64,000 nt of DNA from a virus, in the IMG/VR virus record IMGVR_UViG_3300032271_000682, positions 25,796 to 89,795 of that record; one strand, given 5' to 3'. Shown here piece by piece: positions 20,434 through 28,530 of the stretch; position 1 is the stretch's first letter; each line of letters opens with the position of its first letter. The notes beneath the pieces are model-generated. The model was not told the origin of the DNA. It saw nothing but the letters and a program-made list of their open reading frames with translations, and made no database searches. Made by a program: the position numbers and the translations under genes.

Positions 20434-20769
20434 ATGTCAACTAGTGTGGATAATGATTATACTTATACAGACTGTGGTTATCCAATTGAATACAAAATAG
20501 TCGAAGATAAAGTAAAGAAAATTATACCAGTACTGGTATATAAATTTGAGTATGACGCGTACGGTGGTGTACATGGAGCCAATCCATTATGGACTTCACA
20601 ATTTCAACATTGGAGACTTGGAGAAGAATCAACATGGCTCATGGAACATAGAGTTGGAGATATTAAATTATTCAAATACGTGAATCCTGATACATACTCA
20701 GATATGATGGGAGTCGTAGTTAAATTGTACGAAGAACACGCAGTGTATCATGCACTGAAATGGAGATAA
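20434..20769 (+). CDS. Small protein of the F-x-L-[RK]-W-tail paralog family
   Basis: C-terminal EHAVYHALKWR. Confidence 0.6.
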   Translation: MSTSVDNDYTYTDCGYPIEYKIVEDKVKKIIPVLVYKFEYDAYGGVHGANPLWTSQFQHWRLGEESTWLMEHRVGDIKLFKYVNPDTYSDMMGVVVKLYEEHAVYHALKWR

Positions 20770-20770
20770 A

Positions 20771-21751
20771 ATGAGAGTATTAGTAACCGGTGGATGTGGA
20801 TTAATTGGTCATAATGTCGTTCAACGACTAGAAGAACAGGGTCATGATGTTAGAATCATCGACAATCAAACTGACTATGGTATTATTCCAGAAGATGAAC
20901 TTAAATATGTCATGACTGAGCGTATTAAAAAGATCAGTCATAAAACTCAAATTCATAAGATTGATATTGAAAGTAAATTTACTGGAAATGTATTTGAGAT
21001 GTTTCTTCCTGAAATTGTAATTCATCTTGCATCTTTCCCTAGACAAAAAGTAGTCAATGCAAACCCACGACGTGGTGCTCAAGTAATGTGCGAAGGGTTG
21101 ATCAATTTGCTAGAATTATCGGCAAAATTCAAAGTGTCAAAATTTGTATATATCAGCAGCAGCATGGTATACGGAGACTTTGAAGACGATGTTCGTGAAG
21201 ATGCTATTTGTACTCCACAAGGACAGTACGGAATTATGAAATTAGCAGGTGAGATGTTAGTTCGTGATTATAGTCGTAAACATGAATCGCTTACTCATAC
21301 GATACTCAGACCCAGTGCTGTATATGGAGAACTAGATATCGAAGACAGAGTTATCAGTAAGTTTATTCTAACTGCTATGAGAAACAATACTATTATGGTT
21401 CATGGTGCTAATACTACGTTGGATTTTACCTATGTAGATGACGCAGCAGATGGTATCGTATCAGCAACGTTTAGTGAAGTAACTAAAAACAAAACTTATA
21501 ACATTACAAAAAGTCATGGTGTCAAACTAGTAGATGCAGCAAAAATGACAATCGATATGGTAACAACTGGTAAGATATATGTTGGACCAAGAGACTTAGA
21601 TTTCCCAGTTCGTGGATCACTTAACGTAGATGAGGCTCGTCAAGATTTTGGATTTAATCCAAAAATTGGAGTACAAGAAGGTTTCCATCGATACTATGAA
21701 TGGCTTAGAAATAGTCCATTCTGGCAAAAAAAGATCAAATTTTCTAAATAA
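20771..21751 (+). CDS. NAD-dependent nucleotide-sugar epimerase/dehydratase
   Basis: VTGGCGLIG, SSSMVYG, YGIMK (YxxxK), DFTYVDD. Confidence 0.92.
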   Translation: MRVLVTGGCGLIGHNVVQRLEEQGHDVRIIDNQTDYGIIPEDELKYVMTERIKKISHKTQIHKIDIESKFTGNVFEMFLPEIVIHLASFPRQKVVNANPRRGAQVMCEGLINLLELSAKFKVSKFVYISSSMVYGDFEDDVREDAICTPQGQYGIMKLAGEMLVRDYSRKHESLTHTILRPSAVYGELDIEDRVISKFILTAMRNNTIMVHGANTTLDFTYVDDAADGIVSATFSEVTKNKTYNITKSHGVKLVDAAKMTIDMVTTGKIYVGPRDLDFPVRGSLNVDEARQDFGFNPKIGVQEGFHRYYEWLRNSPFWQKKIKFSK

Positions 21752-21755
21752 TAGA

Positions 21756-22472
21756 TTATTGACCTAGCCCAAATTTCATACCAGTTGCTTGCTCAATAAC
21801 GGACATTGGAACTTGATATTTAGGTAAATCTTGTACCGGAAGAGTAGCATTTGGCATTAAGTACGCTTGTACTTTTTGACTATGCTTCTCTATAATTATT
21901 TTGTATAGTCTAGTTGGAATTCCTAATCCATTACCGACTATTTGATGACCTTGATCAAAAATCCCTCCGGAAATGACGTAAAAGTCTGTTCCATTTGTCA
22001 TCGCCCACTGACGCTCAAATGTTTCTAATTGTTTCCATATTCCTCTGTTATTATTTGCTACTTGAGGAACCATATTGCTTAAATTAAAACTCTCACTCAT
22101 TATTTGATCATTCTGAGTATTGTTTCCAGCTGGCGACATATGACCACGATCATGAGTTTTCCCCACAATAGCATAATCAGATAGACTAGCAGAACATTGC
22201 GGCGTAACCATTGCATCTGGATGAAAGTTATCTCTGCGTTTGGCTGGCCCACTAATTTCTGCTATTGTTAAATGTTCAAATACGGCGATTGGCGCTTTGA
22301 CATCACAACGATGAATCACCGCATAATTCATATGACAAATTTCTTGATCACCTTGATGAATTTGATACTGTGGTGTTCCGTTGACCGTGAATTGAGGGCA
22401 CTGATTGTCAATTGTGCCAGCTAACGATGACATTGACCATAGCAATATTATTAGAGAGACAATGTGTTTCAT
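21756..22472 (-). CDS. Secreted DNA/RNA non-specific endonuclease (NucA/EndoG family)
   Basis: Signal peptide MKHIVSLIILLWSMSSLA; DRGHM; SNMVPQ..NNRGIWKQLE; minus-strand TATAAATA near 22492-22499. Confidence 0.9.
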   Translation of the reverse strand: MKHIVSLIILLWSMSSLAGTIDNQCPQFTVNGTPQYQIHQGDQEICHMNYAVIHRCDVKAPIAVFEHLTIAEISGPAKRRDNFHPDAMVTPQCSASLSDYAIVGKTHDRGHMSPAGNNTQNDQIMSESFNLSNMVPQVANNNRGIWKQLETFERQWAMTNGTDFYVISGGIFDQGHQIVGNGLGIPTRLYKIIIEKHSQKVQAYLMPNATLPVQDLPKYQVPMSVIEQATGMKFGLGQ

Positions 22473-22521
22473 GATTATCCTTTGTATATTGTATTTATAT
22501 ACAAACGATAAATACTTAACT

Positions 22522-22911
22522 ATGAGACTATTTGAATTCGATGAATCATCCACTAAAATACCCAAACTCAATGAGTTTGTAAAATGGGTGTGTAAGAAAA
22601 TAGGCGCAAAAGATTGCCCAACTGTAAAGTATGGCACTAGTTTAGATAAAGTAAAACAACTTAGAACTTTTGGTAGCACAACTAGTAACGGTGATATATG
22701 GGTTCACATTGAAAATAGAAACTTAGCTGACATTATGAGAACACTGTGTCATGAGATTATACATTTTAAGCAATTTGGAGCAGGCACTGCCAGCGATGAT
22801 ATGGATGATAAACAACGCCAGCACATAGAAGATGAAGCCAATGCTTATGCCGGTCGATTAATGAGAGACTACGGCAAAATTCACAAAGACATATACGAAA
22901 ATATCAATTAA
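22522..22911 (+). CDS. HEXXH zinc metallopeptidase-like protein with MRLFEFDE leader
   Basis: RTLCHEIIHFKQ...IEDEANAYAG; GATAAATAC at 22507. Confidence 0.75.
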   Translation: MRLFEFDESSTKIPKLNEFVKWVCKKIGAKDCPTVKYGTSLDKVKQLRTFGSTTSNGDIWVHIENRNLADIMRTLCHEIIHFKQFGAGTASDDMDDKQRQHIEDEANAYAGRLMRDYGKIHKDIYENIN

Positions 22912-22970
22912 GTATCCTAATCTATTTAAATAGATTAAGATAAATACTCTATTGATTAGGATGTATAAAC

Positions 22971-25900
22971 ATGTCAGACATTAAAAAATTTATGGATATC
23001 ATGATGGAAACTACCGCTGGAGCAACCTCTAGTGGTTCAGTCGCTGAAGTATCTCAGCCAATGATGTCTACTCAACGAAGAGTAAATCCTAGTATCTATA
23101 CTAATCAAGCTTCAAAATCTGATGATCATTGTCCTGAGTGTAAATGTAATCCATGTGAATGTCATGAAGCAAGCAGAAAAGCTCCAACAGCACCAAAAGC
23201 AAAAGAATTTGGTTTATGGCAAAATAGCGTATTAGCTGGAAAAGCACAAAAAGATAAAAAAACTAAAAAAGAAACCAATGAATCAGTTAAAATTTTAAAA
23301 ACTACTAAAACTCCTACTGGTAAGCAAGTACAAGGAAATTACGGTCTAGATTATCAGCCGGAAGAAAAACTAGATATGTACGGGCACTCAATGAGAGGAA
23401 GTCCAAAGTTACATTCTCCTAGAATCCCTGACAATAAATATCCTGGACAAGGACCTGGACGCCCTGAAAATATTAGCTCAACTGATGCATTTGACGTTTT
23501 AAAAAAAGATCCATTTGGTCGTGACAGCAATATGACAGAAGATGATCTAGAAGAAGATTGGGAAGACATTAAGAATGCTGGTAAAAAAACAATTGGGGCT
23601 GGAGCAATAGGGTTAGCAGCATTAGGCGGAGGCGGAACGCAAGCACAAACCGTTCCTGCTAATACAGGTACAAACGTAGCTCAAACACAGTCGGTTTCAT
23701 CTAATGCAGCAATAGTAAAAAGTTTGGTGAATCCCGAGGCACGACAAAGATTCTTAAAACAACACTCGGATACTACGGCTCAATTAAAAGATCCAAAATA
23801 TGATCATAATCCAGATGCTTTAGCACAACATGCAACTTATCCTAAAGAACAACATAGTCAATATATACAAAATGTCAAGAATGTGGCAGAATTTCAAAAT
23901 CCCTATCAGATTATTCGCACTGCGTTAAACATGGCAGGATTAACTCCACAGGAAGTTTTACAAAATCTACCTAAAGGATACAAACTTCCATCAACAGAGC
24001 CTAAATCTGAGCCAGTGCGAATTCCAGGTGATCCAGGATACAAAGCACCGGTAAACGAATTTAAAAAATCTTCAAGAAATATTAATGAACTTGAATATGG
24101 TCAAGGTCAGCGCCAACTAAGATTAGCAGAAGTAGATGATAAAAGTGAACTAGATAGCTCTGGTATTCAAAGAATTATCAAAAAAATGGCGGCTAAACAT
24201 CAAGACGAAAAATGGACTAAAGAGCAGTTAGCTGCATTAGGTAAAAAATTAGCAGCGGCTGGTCGTAGAGAAGAAGAACGTAAGAATAAAAAGGGCGTTA
24301 AAGAAACAGCAAACAAACCTAAATCTCCAAATCGTAATGATCCATGGGAACAAGGTTGGTCTGCTGCTCATCGACTTCAAAGCAACTATGAGTGTCCATA
24401 TAAAAAAGGTACCGCTGAGTACGAGCGTTGGATGAATGGTTACGAAGAAGGCAGCTCACAACGTGGACATTATGATGAAAGTGTGAAGGAAGGCTCTGAT
24501 CAACAGTTAACGATTCAACAGTTAGCTACTATCAGTGACGAAGCATTAGACAATGCTTATCACTATGGTCGTAGCACACCGGGAAATACATTTGGTTGGC
24601 AGGCAAATTTAAAATCTGCTGCTTATGCTAAACAAATGATTGATAAGGGTATCACTGATATTGAAGCAATTAGTGACGCTATTCATAAAGGATGGAATGT
24701 TACTGCTAAAGCATTTGTACAAAATCCTGATAAATTTGACGACACAAAAAAATTAAAAGCAGCTGGCAAACTAGAAGCAAAACTTCAACAACGAGAAAAA
24801 TTGATGAACATTGGTTATAGTCAATTACCAGACGAAGAACAAGAAAAAGATCGTGTAGTTGCTAGAGCGTTATTACAAGCCATTACAGGTCAACAAGATA
24901 TGTCTGAAGCAGTAGAAGATCATACTAAAATCAAAGTTGATAGAATATCATCTAAATATCCAGGAACAAATATTTTAACTGGGAGTTCGTCCGTTCGTGT
25001 TGGAAGAAAGGGAAAATCTTCAATTGGAACATTTCCAACTTTTGAAATAGATGGACACAGATATATAACTCTTGCTGACGGAAATAAAATAGAAAGAGCG
25101 TTGAGACAAGATGTAGCGGAAGACCTAGAAGAAAGCAAACGCACAATGAGTCGTGCTGCTAAGGGTAATGAAAAGTATGGTAAAGATGGAATGCAGGCAT
25201 TAGCCAAAGCAGGTCGTGAAGGTAAAGATTTAGATAAAATCAGAGCCAAGTATAACAAATATGACGAAGACATTGAAGAAGGTTGGAGTCAAAAATACAA
25301 AAATTCAATCAACTGCTCACATCCTAAAGGATTTTCACAAAAAGCACATTGTGCAGGAAAAAAGAAACACAACGAATCAATAGAAATGGAAATGACTTGT
25401 GAAGATTGTGGTATGTGTAAAACACACGGAGATCATAATCACAACGCTCTTGATGAAGCCTGTTGGAAAGGTTATCACAAAGAAGGTATGAAAACTATGT
25501 TTGGAAAAGAATACCCTAACTGTAAAAAAAATAAAAATGAGAGTCTAGAAACTTATATTCGTAAAGGTGAGTGTCCTGGGTGTGGAGGATCAATGATTGC
25601 TGAAGGGCAATTAAACGAAAAACAAGATGCGTGTTATCACAAAGTAAAATCAAGATACAAAGTGTGGCCTAGTGCTTATGCGTCAGGAGCATTGGTTCAA
25701 TGTAGAAAAAAAGGTGCTGCCAATTGGGGTAACAGTACAAAAAAAGAATCCATTGATCTAGATGAAAATCTACATGACTGGTTCGGAAAAGAAAAATGGG
25801 TGCGTATGGATACGAAGGGCAACATAAAAGGCCCTTGCGCTAGAGGTTCAAAAAGTGAAGGTAAGCCCAAGTGCTTACCACAAAGCAAAGCACACAGTAT

Positions 25901-26336
25901 AGGTAAAAAAGGACGAGCCAGTGCCGCCACGAAAAAACGCAGAGAAGATCCAAATCCAGAACGCAGTGGAAAGGCTATCAATGTTAAGACTTCTACTAAA
26001 TCAACAGCTAAGACTGAAGGAATGTCGGCAAAAATCAAACCTATTCAAGAATTATCTTCTGCTATATTAGATAGATACAAAGAGAAGGCTAAGAAATCTT
26101 CGGATGAATTAATCAGACAGGGTAAATATCGTAAGGCTAATGACAGAACCATGAATGTTATGAAGGCAACAGGTAAACAAATTGATAATACTGTATCAAG
26201 TATTAGAAAATCTTTGAGAAATGACAAAAGCGTAGCAGAAGGATCAAATACAAAAGTTACAAAAACATCTTCTGATATTCGTGCAATAAATAAAGCTGCT
26301 ATGAAAGAAATATCATCACTGAAAAAGAATAAATAA
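22971..26336 (+). CDS. Large modular late protein, putative head-packaged polyprotein
   Basis: GATAAATAC at 22939; many [LIV]-x-E sites separating basic/Cys-rich modules. Confidence 0.7.
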   Translation: MSDIKKFMDIMMETTAGATSSGSVAEVSQPMMSTQRRVNPSIYTNQASKSDDHCPECKCNPCECHEASRKAPTAPKAKEFGLWQNSVLAGKAQKDKKTKKETNESVKILKTTKTPTGKQVQGNYGLDYQPEEKLDMYGHSMRGSPKLHSPRIPDNKYPGQGPGRPENISSTDAFDVLKKDPFGRDSNMTEDDLEEDWEDIKNAGKKTIGAGAIGLAALGGGGTQAQTVPANTGTNVAQTQSVSSNAAIVKSLVNPEARQRFLKQHSDTTAQLKDPKYDHNPDALAQHATYPKEQHSQYIQNVKNVAEFQNPYQIIRTALNMAGLTPQEVLQNLPKGYKLPSTEPKSEPVRIPGDPGYKAPVNEFKKSSRNINELEYGQGQRQLRLAEVDDKSELDSSGIQRIIKKMAAKHQDEKWTKEQLAALGKKLAAAGRREEERKNKKGVKETANKPKSPNRNDPWEQGWSAAHRLQSNYECPYKKGTAEYERWMNGYEEGSSQRGHYDESVKEGSDQQLTIQQLATISDEALDNAYHYGRSTPGNTFGWQANLKSAAYAKQMIDKGITDIEAISDAIHKGWNVTAKAFVQNPDKFDDTKKLKAAGKLEAKLQQREKLMNIGYSQLPDEEQEKDRVVARALLQAITGQQDMSEAVEDHTKIKVDRISSKYPGTNILTGSSSVRVGRKGKSSIGTFPTFEIDGHRYITLADGNKIERALRQDVAEDLEESKRTMSRAAKGNEKYGKDGMQALAKAGREGKDLDKIRAKYNKYDEDIEEGWSQKYKNSINCSHPKGFSQKAHCAGKKKHNESIEMEMTCEDCGMCKTHGDHNHNALDEACWKGYHKEGMKTMFGKEYPNCKKNKNESLETYIRKGECPGCGGSMIAEGQLNEKQDACYHKVKSRYKVWPSAYASGALVQCRKKGAANWGNSTKKESIDLDENLHDWFGKEKWVRMDTKGNIKGPCARGSKSEGKPKCLPQSKAHSIGKKGRASAATKKRREDPNPERSGKAINVKTSTKSTAKTEGMSAKIKPIQELSSAILDRYKEKAKKSSDELIRQGKYRKANDRTMNVMKATGKQIDNTVSSIRKSLRNDKSVAEGSNTKVTKTSSDIRAINKAAMKEISSLKKNK

Positions 26337-26340
26337 TAAT

Positions 26341-27489
26341 ATGAAAATGTCTGAAATCATCAATGATGATATTATTTCAAAAGAAAAACGAAAATCAAGT
26401 GAGTTGGTAAAATCACGAACTACTCCTATAGCAAGAGATTATTTCGGAAATAAATCTACACAACAAAAACCAATTGATCGTGAAGTTCAAAAGAAATCCA
26501 AACAAAAAGAATGGTTTGAAGAGAGTAATCAAATTACAGATGAAGAGTCATTAGACAATACACTTAACATGACTGCATTTGAAGATACAGTATCATTAGA
26601 TAGTAAGTATACAGTTTGTGCTAAGGGCAGTAATCAGCCTACACTATTATATCATACTAAGCACGAAGCAGAAGAAGCATCAAAAAAAGTTCCTGGTTCT
26701 ACAGTTAGACTAGTAGTACCAAAACAAAAAACTGGACAAATGGGCGAGAGTAGTATGAAAGCTGCTACTCGTAAACCAGAAGGATCAAAATTTGGTGGCT
26801 ACTATAAGGGAACTCAAAAAGGTGCTCCAAAACCAAATCAAAGTTTTGGAAGCACTGATGAAAGCATAGAGTTAGATGAGTTCGCTCCAAGCAAAGGTTA
26901 TCCGGGTTATGTTAACTCATCTGATACTGACGACAGCCCTCCTACAGCACCACCCGCACCACCCACTACCTCTTCAAGACGAGGGCGTGACGATGACGAT
27001 GATGGTGAATTTTTTCTAGACTTAGACAGTGTCGGAGGAGTAGGCGGGCGCGACAAAAACGGTAAACACAAAGTCTATACTAAGTATCAGTTTAGTATCT
27101 ATCAACAAGCAACTCCAGTTGGCAAGCATCACAATGATGATTTAATTCCAGTTGGTGATTATCCTTCTGGTGACTATTTTTTTGTAAAAGAAGTGGGCCA
27201 TTGTGAATTGGATGAATCTAAAGGAAATAGTCTGAAAGGTTATGTATTTGTTCAAGGTCAAGGTAGAAAGTTTTTTAATTATGACATGAGCGACAATTCT
27301 AACCCAATGGTTAGACAAGCACAAGACAAAATTGAAGATAGTCAAAAAGACTTAAAGGAAGTTGCTCCTCCAGGAAAAGAAAAATTGGTTAGAAAACTGA
27401 AAAAAGAATATCCAGGACATCCAGAAAAAGCATTTGCAACTGCGTGGGCAATAAAAAATAAAACAGTAAATAACAAAGGTAAAAAATAA
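26341..27489 (+). CDS. Modular late protein with MKMSEII leader; C-terminal ChaB-like module
   Basis: AATAAATA upstream; LDE/LKE-delimited segments; KAFATAWAIK. Confidence 0.6.
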   Translation: MKMSEIINDDIISKEKRKSSELVKSRTTPIARDYFGNKSTQQKPIDREVQKKSKQKEWFEESNQITDEESLDNTLNMTAFEDTVSLDSKYTVCAKGSNQPTLLYHTKHEAEEASKKVPGSTVRLVVPKQKTGQMGESSMKAATRKPEGSKFGGYYKGTQKGAPKPNQSFGSTDESIELDEFAPSKGYPGYVNSSDTDDSPPTAPPAPPTTSSRRGRDDDDDGEFFLDLDSVGGVGGRDKNGKHKVYTKYQFSIYQQATPVGKHHNDDLIPVGDYPSGDYFFVKEVGHCELDESKGNSLKGYVFVQGQGRKFFNYDMSDNSNPMVRQAQDKIEDSQKDLKEVAPPGKEKLVRKLKKEYPGHPEKAFATAWAIKNKTVNNKGKK

Positions 27490-27929
27490 TGTTAGCAGAT
27501 AATTTAAAAATACTATTAGGTAGCACATATGGTCTTTATTTTAAGACTCACGGTTTTCACTGGAACGTAGAAGGAAGTGATTTCCCACAATATCACAAAT
27601 TTCTAAACAAATATTATGATGAAATTTATGGTTCTGCTGATACAATAGCTGAGTACATTCGTAGTCTTGGAGCGTTTGCGCCAGGAAGCATGACACGAAT
27701 GATGGAGTTGAATGTCGTTCAAGATCAACTAAAGATTCCACGAGCAGAACTTATGTTTGCTGAGTTACTTCAAGATACAGAAAAAATGATTGAAATGGTT
27801 AAAGACATATTCGACGAAGCAACCGAAAATAGAGAACAGGGAATTGCTAACTTTATGGCCGATTTGCAAGATTTGTACAGTAAAAGACGTTGGATGATAG
27901 CAGCTATTCTAAAAAAGGAACGTGAGTGA
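27489..27929 (+). CDS. dps: Dps/ferritin-like DNA protection protein
   Basis: KTHGFHWNVEG...HKFL...DTIAEYIRSLG. Confidence 0.9.
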   Translation: MLADNLKILLGSTYGLYFKTHGFHWNVEGSDFPQYHKFLNKYYDEIYGSADTIAEYIRSLGAFAPGSMTRMMELNVVQDQLKIPRAELMFAELLQDTEKMIEMVKDIFDEATENREQGIANFMADLQDLYSKRRWMIAAILKKERE

Positions 27930-28183
27930 AGATCAGTGATTTACTAAGTGAGAATATGGATCATAGTAAAGATGATCAAGCTGTTCCACAATTAAAAGCT
28001 GCATTATTAGCTCAGAAGAAAAAGATCCAATCTGTTAAAGACGATAAAAATGAAGTGTATGACATCATTGATGGCATGATGACTAGCATTTCCAAAGCTC
28101 ATAGTATTAGTGGTCAAAAACTTCATGATATGTGGACCAAAAAGTACAAAGAGATTCCTGATACTTGGATCATGAATCAGTAA
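27926..28183 (+). CDS. Small protein with MKISDLLSE leader
   Basis: GTG start coupled to dps; leader matches the window-wide family. Confidence 0.65.
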   Translation: MKISDLLSENMDHSKDDQAVPQLKAALLAQKKKIQSVKDDKNEVYDIIDGMMTSISKAHSISGQKLHDMWTKKYKEIPDTWIMNQ

Positions 28184-28251
28184 TATTACCGAAATACATT
28201 GACATTTAGCACAACTCCTGTATAATAAGTACTATCTCAAAAGGAGTAACA

Positions 28252-28530
28252 ATGTCAGACACACAAGATCATGATCAAACGATGTTTACGAGTGATCAAA
28301 AATTAAAACTAAATCAACTAATCAACGAGGGCATGCAAGTCATGAACGAAGTTGAAACACTCAATAGTGGTTTATCGGATACCATTAAGGCAATGGCAGA
28401 AGAAATGAATATCAAAGCCACTGTTCTTAAAAAAGCAATTAAGGTTGCTCATAAAATGGAATTTGGCCAAACTCAACGCGATCACGAATTGCTAGAAAAC
28501 ATTCTTACTACAGTAGGAAAAACTCTTTAA
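28252..28530 (+). CDS. Small dsDNA-binding protein (T4 DsbA/GapR-like)
   Basis: DTIKAMAEEMNIKATVLKKAIKVAHK pattern; directly upstream of DNA polymerase. Confidence 0.55.
   Translation: MSDTQDHDQTMFTSDQKLKLNQLINEGMQVMNEVETLNSGLSDTIKAMAEEMNIKATVLKKAIKVAHKMEFGQTQRDHELLENILTTVGKTL

Noticed and set aside
21756-22911. Apparent long overlap of the nuclease (to 22679) and peptidase (from 22405) ORFs
   Set aside because: The likely starts are 22472 (signal peptide) and 22522 (leader motif), which removes the overlap.
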